A stretch of DNA of 64,000 nt from Gnetum montanum (lineage: Eukaryota; Plantae; Gnetophyta), in the NCBI GenBank assembly GCA_015680685.1, contig MNCI01000556.1:1003931-1067930 (forward strand), in the 5' to 3' direction. The notes under the pieces are model-generated. The model had not been told where the DNA came from. It saw nothing but the letters and a program-made list of their open reading frames with translations, and ran no database searches. Below, piece after piece: positions 22,776 through 35,457 of this stretch (position 1 is the stretch's first letter; every line of letters starts with the position of its first letter). A program made the position numbers and the translations under genes.

Positions 22776-25700
22776 ATGCCTCCTTCTTCATACGGATGCA
22801 CCTCACCACCTAAGTCTGAAATAGGAAACAGTCAGTGGTGTAATACACATGATGTTGATCTACCAGTCCCTTAACAAGTTTGAGTGGTATATATTCATCC
22901 TGATGAGCATATACCAGACTTCATCTTTATCCTCCATAAAGATGAACAACTATGTTGGCAAGACTTAGAAGGTAACATAGTTTTACCTCTTGATCGTTCA
23001 GTCTCGAGCATGTTTCTTTGTGAGTCACATGAATTGGCATGCTGCACTTACACACAAAATACGTTGTGCAAGACCATGACTCGAGAGAATACTATCCCAT
23101 AGAAGCACAATGTCAAAGGGACTTGCAACAAGAGAGACATCATAAGTCTTTGAAGGGTAAGTGGTCCTAGGATGCCCCACATGTCTTAAGTGAAAATGAA
23201 GGTGATCAACCTACCTCAGGCAATCACCCACACAATGATGTTCCTCCCCTTGAATTTGGCCAAGGGGTTGTGTATCAAAACCTTCATTCCACTATTCATA
23301 ACCCAGGTTCTAATACCCATAGGAACAAAGGATCTAAAAAAGAGACATGAACACATGATAAAGGTGTACAATCTAATTGCAATCATGATTAGGGCCAAGA
23401 CCATAAAAGAGAAGGTAGAAAACACCATCATGGTGAAATTTCTCCTTCTTCTTCACCTTCATCATCTCCTTCATCCTCTCCTTCAACATCTGGATGCAGT
23501 CATAAAGAAAAAGACCATGGGGATAAAGGTAGGAAAAGTGAAAATCATAGAAGAAATAGCCAGGAAAGGGGATGAGGTCACTCTAGAGAGTCACAACATA
23601 GAAGAAGGGAGAGTAGGGAACAATGTAGGCATCATAGACGCCATGGATGAGACGATCACCATGAACCCTTACTTGCTACTTGAAATATGTTAGACATAAC
23701 TGAGGCTATTAGAATTTCAACAAGGCACTAGAAAGATAGTAGGATCAAGAGATTAGATATGAATGATATCCCATTATTTGAAGGAGGATATAAAGTTAAT
23801 CCTCAGAATCATTTACAAGCATTCCATGATGCGTGTGCCTTACAAAACATAGAGAACTAATGGAAAAAACTTAAGTTGTTCCCGCAGACACTAGTTAAAG
23901 AAGCAGAAAGCTGGTACCAGTCCTTAGCAGTGGAATCTGTTCGTAGATGGAGTACTATGTTAGAATTATTCAACAATAAGTACCAAATGTATTCCTGAGT
24001 GTCCAACTTGCAAAAGCAAATCCAAGGTTGGAAACAATGAGGACATGAACCCTTGGATGTTGCCATGGGTCAATACTGTGCACTGTTACATTGTTGTCTT
24101 GGCCATGGTTATTCGCAAAGGGATCAACTATGGCATCTTGTAGATGGGCTTAAGCATGAAATGAGAAGAACCATTGAGACCTATGCCCAAGGAAGACTAT
24201 CCAAGCTTAGGTCTCATCAAATCCAAAGACTATTAGAGCAAGTTGCTATCGAAGAAGGTGAGCTACAAAAGAGAGAAATTGCAAAAGAGTATAATCAAGA
24301 TCCTTCCCTCCAAAAGAGGGAAGTAAGATTTTGTGAGGATGAAGAAGAGTCACCACTCGAAGAAATGGCGAATAGGAAAATGTTTCCTATCCAAAAGATG
24401 ACTTCAAAAGTTTTTGCAAAGGTACACCAAATGTAGAATTCACTAGACAATAGATTTCAAACTATTCTTAAAATAGTAGAGGATTCTAGAGAGCAAGGTA
24501 GTGATCGCGAAAAAAGAAAAAAGAGAGAAGCTAAACATGCACGTAGCAAGGGTAAGGGTAAAGTTTTCATCATTGAAGAGGTTGTAGAGTTGTAAATAGA
24601 CAATGATAGTGGATATGAGATATGTCAATATGACCATCCTAAGGGATGCTACCCTATAATCTCACATCTGCAAGAGTCTGGGGTGTATGCACTCAACCCA
24701 CAATTGAACAAACGGTAAGCACCCCGAAGGTTACCTTATCCGCAATGTAACCCAAGACAGTTCCACCAACCCTTAAGGTATTATCCCAGTGGAACTCCAC
24801 CACAACTGATTAAGCAATATCAATAGTGAGCATACACACAATCATGGGGAATGCCACCACCAAGGCAACAATATCCTTACCGGCAACCTGACCTATATGG
24901 ATATTATGTGCAACAGCCAGTCTCTCCATGTGACTCTACTGGTCACAATACTCCTCAACCTCACTATTAAGCTCATGATTATTATGGAACTCCCTCTTCT
25001 AGGGGTAATATCCCGTAAGCATATCATCCTTCTCATCCAGCTGCATCTCTTCCACCAATGGCTCCACTACCACCTTCTCTAGCTATGCAAGGTGAAATCC
25101 CTACCCATTCACAGCAACGTAATGTCACAAGGGCTGTTAGATCTTAAACTATTTTTGGTTCCAACAACCACATGAAGAAAAGACCTTTCTTTAGAACCAA
25201 CAGTCCAACCAAGCCCTTGCAATCACAAGTGGCTAATTCCATAAATGCCTCAATATCAATCAAAACTTTGAAGCTCCCTTCAACCCAATCACCACACTCA
25301 ATGCATACGGTCATGCTAACACATGTCATCACCATTTGGATCAAAGCTAGCCACCTTCCTAGGAAATTCTCTAATCCTAGGAGTCCTCTAATATAGTTAC
25401 AATTCGTTGGAAATTGCTGTGCAAGGCTCTTTTGGATTTAGGTTCCGATGTCAACTTGATTTCTTAAGAAATGTACAAGGCCTAGAACCTGCCTCCATTG
25501 AAAAAGAGCAACATCCATCTAGAGTTGGCCGACCAGTCCATCACTATCCCATTGGAACTAGTGGAAGACATTGTTACCACTATTTGTGGGTAGTCATACC
25601 TAGCTGACTTCTTAGTGATTCAGGTAAAAAATGGTAAGAGGGACTTCCCAATCATAATGGGAAGAGCATGGCTAAGCACCATTGACACATGCCTAGGAAT

Positions 25701-28700
25701 CCACGATATTTCCCTAGAAATACCAAAGGAAAATACATTCGGAAAGATCGAGAAGAAGAAAGTTTGATGCATTGCATACAGTGACACGAGGTGTAATTGT
25801 GTGTAGAGGTTATGATTTATGCAAAGTTTAGCATTTCCTACATGCAAATAATGTGAACAAGTGATTAACATACAAAGATGCCTATATGAAATAGCCACAT
25901 GACAGGAAGATACCCAATGGCTGACAGCTGATCAAGAAAGCAATTCACTCATATGCATGGAACCAACTAAGGGTTTGACTTATGCTTACATCGATAGCAT
26001 AGATGCATTAGAGCAAGTCCACCATCAACTTCTAGGTCTTAACCTTGAAAATATCAACTGGGGAAGCTGGAAATCCCTAAGAAATTTAAGCAGGAGCCCC
26101 TCGAGCTAAAAAAATTACCCACTGGTATGGAATACATGTTTCTTAAAAATAAAAAACTGGTAATTATCAATACTAAGCTTGCTACTCAATAGAAAGAAGA
26201 ACTACTGAAGGTAATAAATAAATGGTTGGAAGCCTTCTCTTGGTCATATCCTGAATTAACTGGAATAGATCCTAGGATATGCCAACATAGAATTTAGACT
26301 GATCCCTCCATGAAGCCTCAAAGATAATCGTAGAGGCAATTGAATCCTAAGCTAAAGAAAGTAGTTAAGGAAAAAAACGAATAGCTTCTCAAGGCTAGGT
26401 TCATATACCCCATCGTTAATAGCGAATGGGTTAGCCCCTTAGTTATTATGCCGAAAAAGGAAGGCAAATGGAAGGTGTGCATAGATTTCAGGCTACAAAA
26501 TATGGCAACATTCAAATATCACTTTCCATTGTCATTTTTCGACCAAGTCTTAGACACCATCGCAGGGATTCGCTATTATAGTTTTCTAGATGGATATAGT
26601 GGATATAACCAAATACAAATAGCCCCAAAAGACTAAGCCAAGACTATGTTCACCAGTCCTTGGGGAATGTTTGCATACAAATAGATGTCTTTTGGCTTGT
26701 CCAATGCCCCTACAACATTTCAATGACTAGTTCTAAGCATATTCCAATAGCAAATAGAGAATGGCATGAAGGTCTTTATGGATGACTTCTCCACTTATGG
26801 AGCAAACTTTGATCAAGCCTTAGACCGATTGGAGCAACTATTAAAAAGATGTGTAGAGACCAATTTGAGGATCAACTAGAAGAAAAGCCATTTTATGGTC
26901 CAAGAAGGCATAGTACCAGGACACAAAATCTCACACATAGGGATAAAGGTAGACCCCGAGAAAATCATAGTTATCCAAGGAATTACCCGTCAACCAGAAA
27001 CTATCAAAGATATTCAGTCATTCCTTGGACACACTGGTTACTATAGGAGATTTATTGAGAACATTTCAAAGGTTTCCAAACCATTGGTAATGAAAAAGGA
27101 TGTACCTTTCAAATGGACTAAGTAAGGCGAACTAGCTTTCCAAACTTTAAAGCAAAAGGTAGTAGAAACACCCATTCTACAAGCTCCTGACTAGTCCAAA
27201 CCATTCCATATCATGACTGATGCATCCAACTATGCCTTAGGAGCTGTACTTACATAGTTAGATGACCAAAATCATCCCTATTATATCCACTATGCAAGTA
27301 GAAGTATCGTTGGTGCACAACTTAACTACACTACCACAGAGAAAGAATTAATTGTTGTAGTGTTTGCACTAGAAAAGTTTAGACATATGTATTAGGTTAT
27401 AAAGTATATGTACATACAGATCATAGTGCAATTCGGTTCTTCATGAATAAGCCAATGGTAAGCCCTTGTATCATATGATGGCTTTAATCTTACAAGATTT
27501 CGATCTTACAATGATCGATTGCAAGGGCACCAAGAATGTAGTTGCTAATCATTTATCTTAGTTATGATGGGACAATAAAGAGGATGAGTATCCAATTTTT
27601 GATCATTTCCCTGATGAATTCCTCTTTGTTGGTGTAGTGAATAATTAATTACCCATGGAGACAAACTAGTACAGTAGCATTCTTACCTATCTCCTCACCC
27701 AAAAAACACCACAAGAGTTAAACCTTAAGAAGAAACAATCGTTTCTTCACTGAGCCAAGTACTTTATGGAGATCAATGGGCAACTTTACAAAGTGTGTCC
27801 TAATGGCTTGGTTCGATGGTATGTTCCCAATATAGATCAACTACGAGTTCTCCAAGACATACATGAGAGTCCTTGTGGGGATCATTATGTTGGGAGATGA
27901 ACGACCATCAAGATCTTGCTTGTAGGATATTATTGGCCTACATTATTTCAAGATGCCCATCATTTTGTCCAATCTTGTAAGTTCTATCAACGTGATGGGG
28001 GAATGATTGCTAGAATGAAGGGTCTGCAATAATGGATTCAACCGTTAGAACCCCTTGGGATTTTGGGAATTGATTTTATGGGGCCCACTACACCAATATC
28101 CAATGGAAAAGCTTATCTTATTGTTGCCATTGATTACCTAAAAAAATGTGCCAAAGTAGCTGCAGTTAAAAATTGTACATCATCTACAACTGCACAATTT
28201 TTTCAACAAAAAATCATAAATAGGTTTGGTGTGCTGTGTGCACTTATTTTAGACAATGGTACACACTTCACAGCTGCAAATTTTCAGAAATTAATGCAAC
28301 AATTAGCGTTTGAGCATAAATTGACTACACCATACCACCTCCAACTGAACGGTCAAGCAGAAGTCACCAACAGGGAGATTATGAAGATATTGACAAGAAC
28401 CATTAGCAAGTTTAGGTGAGACTGGAGCACTAAACTGAACGATGCTCTTTGGGCATACCGCTCCACATGGAAACTTCCTATAAGCTAGTCTCCCTATGAG
28501 TTAGTGCATGGTAAATTACCAATGCTTCCCATTCAAATTGAGCTTCGTACACTATCCACGACATGTGACCTCAACCCTAACCTTGATCTAGCATAGAAAC
28601 AATGGTTAGTAACCCTTAACTTGCTAGATGAAAACCAATTAGCTGCCCTATCATCTAATGAATTGCACAAGGCCTTCAATAAACAACATCATGACCTAAG

Positions 28701-28930
28701 AATTAGAAAATTTAAATATTAGCCAGAAGATAAGGTTCTCTACTAGAATCCCACACATGTGCCACAATGTACTAAATTTCAAACACTATGGGAAGGACTT
28801 TATATTATTTATGCAAATTTTCCTTTAGGGGCCATGAAAATATACAAACCTGAGAGCTCAAATAAAAAAATTTTGATCAACATGCAACAAACCAAACCTC
28901 TCCAGGAGCATAGGATAGCTAGTGCGCATG
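22776..28930 (+). pseudogene. Element C gag-pol remnant
   Basis: gag (QAFHDAC, ORF 24053-24436), protease region ~25350-25700, RT (WKVCIDFR, FLDGYSGYNQI, VFMDDFS, FLGHTGYYRRFI), RNase H (TDASNYALGAVL, YTTTEKEL), integrase (GIDFMGP, DNGTHF, NGQAEVTNREI). Many stops and frameshifts. Confidence 0.95.
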
Positions 28931-30949
28931 CTACCTCTCTTGATGGAAAACCCTACTCACTACTTCGGATCTCCTCCTTCCAACTTAGTCATGGGGGAGA
29001 TGGCCACCTATGCTAACCATTCTAGGCCCTTAGTTCTTTTTGAATTTTTTTTTTACACATTTTTTATTTTACACATTCTTTTAACTTTTCTTATTTTTGT
29101 TTTACACCATCGTTTCATGTTTTTACTATTTCATTTTTTGCTTGATTTACTTTTATTTGTCATCTAATAAGTGCTCATAATGGTGGATTGAATTATATCA
29201 TATTAATTGCTAATGTTTGATTTTTACCTTTGAATTATGATGCTAATATTAAGGTATGGTTCTTCTGGTAAAATAGGCAATGAGTCCACACTGTCCACTC
29301 ATCCATACAACTCTATGGTCTCCTTTGGCTTGGAACTGTATAGTCCCCTTTTTCTAAGTAAACTTGTTAATGAATTGGTGGCTGGGTATTTTTCAAGCTA
29401 AGGAAAGACTCAAAGGATGAAAAGGGTGTGACTTTAAGGGGATTTGATGCATTGGTGCTAGCCATTCTCTTGGGTGCTTGGATGCTTTTTCTTAGGTTTT
29501 CCGCCATTTTGACATTGTTCAAATATCAGGAAGCTAAGTGAATAAAAATAAGTCTTTGCATGGTGTGGTTCTCATGAATAAACATCAAAAGAGAGAGAGA
29601 GAGAGAAAAAAGAGAAAAAGGTGAGAATTCAAAGCACACCCCTTAGACATAATAAAGTAATATGGGCTACAAGCACTAATTATGGCACTGGAAAGACATG
29701 TTACCCATGCCTGAAGGTTCCCTCTAACTAAGGCCCTTTCTCGCTTCCTACTTCTCCATCTTACTCTCCTTGGGGTGGTGGTCAGTCTTTTGAAAGCATT
29801 CTTGTTGCCTCAAGAGGATGGATTGGCCAAGTGCATTGATGCAAGGTCACTGAATGTGGTTGGTTTGAGTTTAGATTTGGGATGAGTTCTACTTAATTAT
29901 CTTAACCCTGAAATACATAAGGGAATTTACACAACCTTGTTCTTGGGATTCCATTCATTCTCTCCTCTCCATCTTTCTTCTCATTTTCCACCTCATTGTC
30001 AGTTTTATCATTAGTTCGTTCTAGGTTGATGGATTCTTTTTCTTTGGTGAATTCTTGTGGGTAATTTTTTAACTCTTACTTCCAAATGACATTCGTAGAG
30101 CCTACAGACTCTTTGGTTTGTGGGTTTGTCAAGGCATAAAGGGCATGAGCCTGCTTTGGGGAGGACCCACTTGCATATCTTTTTGGTGCAATTGTTAAGT
30201 TCTTTTCCTTAAACATTTCTTACAATCAATCATTTCTTATTTCATCCCCATCCATGGCATCCACTTTATTGGCATTGTCATTGTTATTTTTTCTATCTTG
30301 CTTGTTCCTCATATTTTTCCATCTTATAGCTACCAGAGGTTCGCTCTTAGTCATGGGGGCTCTGGCACAAATTTTTCAAATTTTTCCATTTTACTATTTG
30401 CCTAACCCCTACACCTTGGTTAGTCACTAGTGATAAGGCTTCAAACTAGTTTCTGCTATAACCTCAACTCAACAAATACGCTTCATATCAAGGCAAGGTA
30501 TCAACTACATTGTGAATTATCTATCCTTGCTCATTTGTGACTGTGTTGTGTGTGCAGATGGAAATCATACAAATAATGGACTGGGCTTGGAGGAAGCACT
30601 CAGGATGGACCAAAACTAGAGCATTTATGAAAGGAGAAAGTTTGGTGGCATGGCTATGGATAAATAATGGAAGGCACAATCTCAGCATTGGAAGCAACAT
30701 GCTCCATCTACTTTCTCTCTCTCTTTTTCTCTTCAAGCTGCCAAATAAAGGCTTGGATGTCATTTATGTATGAGTGTTCACCACAATGGTCATGAATACT
30801 AATGTTGTAATATGATTATTGATCTACTCACTAGGCATGTTGATTCTATCATCGCATTCCACCATCAGTTGTAATTACTCAATAATCCCATACCTTCCCA
30901 ATATTTTGTAAGAAATTCGAGGATAAGTTTTCATTCAGTCATGAGGGTA

Positions 30950-31924
30950 TGATGAGAGCAGTTACTCTAGTAGTTATTCTAATTATTAGAGTGGTTACTC
31001 TGGTGGTTACTCTAGCCATTACTCTAATTATGAGAGTGATTACTCCAGTGGTTACTCTAGTAGTTATTCAAATTATTAGAGTGGTTACTTTAGTAGTTAT
31101 TCTAATTATTAGAGTTGTTACTCTAATTATTAGAGTAGTTTTTTCCAAGCCTATAAATATAGTGCCCAGGCGCACAAGTGGGAGGGAAAGTCTTTTCGTA
31201 GTCAAGTAGCAAAACTCTTGTAGTCTATTTGAAAGTTAGAGTATTTTTCAAGTGCCCGCAGTAGGAGGTTCTAAGTGTGGATGGATCTTTATTCAAGCAT
31301 TGTATACCTAAGCACACCTTGTGTACAACAATAAAGATGAGCTCTTTGATTCATCCTTGCAGCACTTGAGATTTGCTTTCTTAAGCATTTCTTTTATTTT
31401 ATTTTCTTATGCATTTATTTTATTTTATTTTATTTTATGCACTTTACATTTATGTTATTAGCACAACAATTCATTTTTATCAATTAAGCAAATCGTTAAA
31501 TTACATAAGCACCACCACTTTGAGCATGCATGTAATGCTTGGTAACCAAGTAACGATTAGTGTTTGGTAATCCCAGCAGTGTTGCATTGGTTCAGGATGT
31601 GTACGACAAGTGAGAATGGATGCTGGTGTTAGGATTAGTTAGAACTTAGTTAATGAGTAGTTAAGTTAAATTAGTCACTTAGTTAGGTCTCTCCTTCCCT
31701 ACTATCGCAGGACATAAAAACATAAAAGCTATAAAAATCATATGCCTCAAGCTTACTTAACCATACAATCATGACATACAGGTAAGCTTGGGAAGACAAT
31801 GATCAACCAACCCATCCTTATTCCACAAGGGCGCAAAAGCACTTAGTCCTTGAAATTTGACCAAATCGTGTGTGAAATGCTCATATTCGTATGGTTGAGA
31901 GTAGGGGTACCTTGCCGCTCATCA
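30950..31924 (+). repeat. 3' LTR of element C
   Basis: Perfect terminal inverted repeats TGATGAG...CTCATCA; preceded by PPT-like TCAGTCATGAGGGTA (30935-30949); TATA GCCTATAAATA at ~31150. Confidence 0.95.
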
Positions 31925-32155
31925 CCTTGTCAACCACATCACATCTCGAACACATCACACATGGCCAATATACATAATCATGTTAGTTAAGCATGTAAAG
32001 ACATCATAATCATAATATAAAAGCCAAAACATCCTAGCCTATAAAGTGAAATTATAACAAACTAACTTGTCCCCAATAATAAACCAAGATCATACACATA
32101 ATACATAAATCATAATCATACTACTATACCCAATGGCTTCAGAAGGGATGTAACA
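31925..32155. repeat. Probable terminal fragment of an unrelated host LTR
   Basis: CAT-rich stretch ending GGGATGTAACA, a typical LTR terminus, immediately before the block repeat. Confidence 0.35.
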
Positions 32156-32990
32156 CTACCCATTTTAGATAACTTTATATTGGAGTCATATAAAACTTGT
32201 ATGATTTTTTTTGTTGACCCTATTGGTGCTTGTTCAATTTGTAGATTCTATTTTTTATTTTTTTATAGAATTATGATAGCTATCCAATAGATCCTATAGG
32301 TCTTTAGACATAATAAAGCTTCAATTAATGAAGTGTCATCCTAGCAGTATGGGTCTTGGCCTAGTAATCCCAAATCATAGGTTCAATTCCACTAGGTAGC
32401 ATTAAGTTATAAACTTCTATAAATCTTACAGTGGATCTATATTTCAATTATTTCTAGTTCCAAAATAAAGCGTCAATTCCAAACTATGTTCTAACTCATT
32501 GTTGTATAGATATATATGGCATGTAATACCATAATGCAACCAATGTAATAACTATTCAATAGATTCTAAAGAACATGATAGAACTTCAATTTCAAACTAT
32601 GTAACTAATCTAACTCATAGTTGGGGTGCTAGAACCTAAAATAATTGTAATATAGGTACACCCTAATATTTATAGTTTAATTAAAACTTTAAAAATAAGC
32701 ATCATCCACTAGGATAAAATATATGACTTGGACTTGTCAAATCAAGAGTCTTACCACTGGGCTAATACCTTATTATTGATCTAACTCATAGTTGTATACA
32801 TATATATGGCAAGTAATGCCATAATGAAATTGTTATATTGCATTAAATTGCAAGAAATATTTATTAAGAATTTTTTAAGAAAATAATTAGCACAACCCCT
32901 ACCTTGCTACCATACTTATGAACCAAGATAGGAATTGAACCAACCACCTCTTAATTGTTGAATAAATATAACAAAGACTACCTCAATTAG
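32156..32990 (+). repeat. SINE-containing block repeat, copy 1 (type-2 SINE + 32327-32463; type-1 SINE - 32624-32778; third tRNA-like element - ~32890-32990)
   Basis: Colinear with 34383-35135. TSDs AATAAAGCTTCAATT (32312-32326 / 32464-32478, one mismatch) and ATCTAACTCATAGTTG (32608-32623 / 32779-32794). B boxes GGTTCAATTCC. Confidence 0.9.
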
Positions 32991-33864
32991 CAAATATGTT
33001 ACCACCATGCCATAATCATGATGTCAACATGTTTTGGATTCTTTGATAGCTCATGTGACCATTTCCTAATAGCCAAAGCAACCACCATCTCATTCCAAAC
33101 CTTTGACATCCCTTCATGACCTCATTTCACCACTACAAGCACTCTTTACCATGATTCAACAAATACTGAATCTAGTGTGCAGAGGAAGTATGAGTGATTA
33201 ACTTGTGATGTTGTTTTGCATTCTTTGTTGATGTTTCTTGGATTAATCCTCAAAAGATCAACAAAAAAGGTCCAATGAAACACCTCAAGAAATTTAATAT
33301 GATCAACAAGAAGCCTAATAATCGAAATTTGCAATGTAATTTGATGGAAGTTTAAAGGTAGAAATAATTGGCTGGTTTTTCCATCAAAAATCCTACCCTA
33401 TCCTTATTTTGGAAACATTTTAGGCCATTTTTTATTTAAAAAAATGGAATTTAGAGCCCACACATTGTGAATTTCATTTATGCTAGCATATGAAGGCCAA
33501 AATGCTAAGAATGCTATCAAAAATTGTGTTTTGTCTTCACACGTTGCCCCACCCTATCCCACACATTATGCCACCATGTTGAGTAGCATGTAAACTAAAC
33601 TTGCCCATACACTATAATTTGGACCACAAAAATAGCCCTATACATTGCTAAAACATGATAAAATAAGCCAAAAATGCTAGTGCCTCATATGCTATACTGT
33701 TTGGTCATGAAAATGATCCAAAAATGTAATGTAATGCCCCATAAAGCATATGGAACTATAATGAATGTTAGCATGATCAATCTAAGAACTATTTATACCA
33801 AATCGATCATCATTTTTTGGATCTTTTTGCAAAACATCTTTCGCATATTTTTCAAAGAGATCAC

Positions 33865-34340
33865 TTAATAGCAACAGAGCCTTTTTAGCAACAAAGTAGA
33901 CATTCTTACAACCTTTTCATAGCCTTTTTCAGCAGAAATCACTAGAGTAGTAGATCTTGGAGTAGCATTGATTGTGGTATAGATTGAGCGAAAGAAAAGT
34001 GCATATTTGAGTGCAGAACACATCTTCCACCCTATACGGGTTATTACAAGATATTCCTTGTATTCACCCAATAATCTATACCATCTAAAGCTCTGTTTCA
34101 GACAATTTTTTTCTTGCAATGTTTAATATTAAGTTGTAGTTTCTTTTGTTGGCCATATTGTTTCACTTTTTCTTTGTTCCAATATTAGCATTAGATTTCT
34201 TTTGCATTTATATAACTTTTCCTCATTTTTACCTTCATCATTTGGTAACAAACCTTCTAAGTCCTTAAGAAATTAGCTAGACTATTTAAGGTGCTCTAGA
34301 TTCTTCCAAGGCCCATGGATCTTGGAGTTAAACGTTCCAT
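33865..34340 (-). pseudogene. Possible gene fragment with one ankyrin-like repeat
   Basis: ORF 33865-34119 contains TTLVISAEKGYEKVVRMSTLLL, resembling the ankyrin consensus TPLHxAAxxGxxxVVxLLL. Some CpGs retained. Confidence 0.3.
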
Positions 34341-34382
34341 GTTGAGATTTTTTGTTTTCTAGCACCAAATTTTTCAACTCTT

Positions 34383-35135
34383 ACACTTGGTCAATTTGTA
34401 GAGTCTATTTTTATTTTTTATAGAATTATGATATCTATCCAATATATCCTATAAGTCTTTGAACATAATAAAGCTTTGATTAATAAGGTGTCAACCTAGT
34501 GGTATGGGTCTTGGCATGGTAACCCTTGGTCAGAGGTTTGATTCTACTAGGTAGCACTGAGTTATAAACATGTATAAAACTTGGGGTGTATCTATATTTC
34601 AATTATTTTAAGTTCCAAAATAAAACTTCAATTTTAAACTATGACCTAACTCATTGTTGAATACATATATATGGCATGTAATGTCATAATGCAACCAACG
34701 TAATAACTATCCAATAGATCCTAAAGTCTTCTGACATGATAAAACTTTAATTTTAAACTATGTAGATGATCTAACTCATAGTTGGGATGTTAGAACCTAA
34801 AATAATTGTAATGTAGGTATAACCCAAGATTTATTGTTCAAATAGAAGTTTATAACTCAACATTGCCCACTAGAATTGAACCCATGTCAAATTAAGAGTC
34901 TTAGCACTATGCGAACACCTCATTATTGATCTAACCCATAGTTGTTTACATATATATGACAAGTAGTGCCATAATGAAACTGTTATATTGCATTACCTTC
35001 TGAGAAAGGTTTATTTAAGAATATGGTTTTTTAGGAAATAGTTAGCACAACCCCTACCTTGCTACTATACATATGAATGAAGATAGGAATTGAACCCACC
35101 ACCTCTCAATTATTGAATGAAAACAATAAACTCTC
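34383..35135 (+). repeat. SINE-containing block repeat, copy 2 (type-2 SINE + 34482-34618; type-1 SINE - 34785-34927; third tRNA-like element - ~35043-35135)
   Basis: Colinear with ~32225-32975. TSDs at 34467-34481 / 34619-34633 and GATCTAACYCATAGTTG at 34768-34784 / 34928-34944. Confidence 0.9.
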
Positions 35136-35149
35136 AACTAGAAGATAAG

Positions 35150-35212
35150 TGTCTTAACCTTGCACTATGGGGTTATTAAGCCGAGACCCATAACACTATG
35201 TTAACACCTCAT
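35150..35212 (-). mobile_element. Truncated type-2 SINE head
   Basis: Reverse complement GAGGTGTTAACATAGTGTTATGGGTCTCGGCTTAATAACCCCATAGTGCAAGGTTAAG matches the other type-2 heads. Confidence 0.65.
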
Positions 35213-35457
35213 GTATAAGCTACACCCATAAGTACAAGAGATCATTTATCCTAGCAAAAAAATTTCTTCGTGCAAAACTTTTCTCGATGTATTCAAATGA
35301 TAAAGTGCTAAAAATACAAGGAAATTCCATGATGAAACTCAACGTGAGATAAAAACGTTGACATAACGGGAGCAGCCTCGTCCGTGTGCAAGCCCACAAC
35401 AATTAATAAGGCAAACATGGCCGGAAAACACAAACTAAATCTCATCGCCCATGAGAG

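Larger units (their letters stand above)
21704..31924 (+). mobile_element. Element C: near full-length degenerate Athila-like Ty3/gypsy LTR retrotransposon
   Basis: Two LTRs roughly 90% identical by eye, tRNA-Asp-type PBS, gag-PR-RT-RH-INT order, long 3' non-coding region and PPT. No chromodomain seen. Confidence 0.95.

Noticed and set aside
23190-23693. 167-aa ORF as an independent gene
   Set aside because: Off-frame reading of the low-complexity S/R/H-rich part of element C gag.
32327-32778. Functional tRNA genes, or MITEs suggested by the 10-bp terminal inverted repeat
   Set aside because: No complete cloverleaf or acceptor stem after the T arm. The 15-17-bp TSDs point to TPRT-inserted SINEs.
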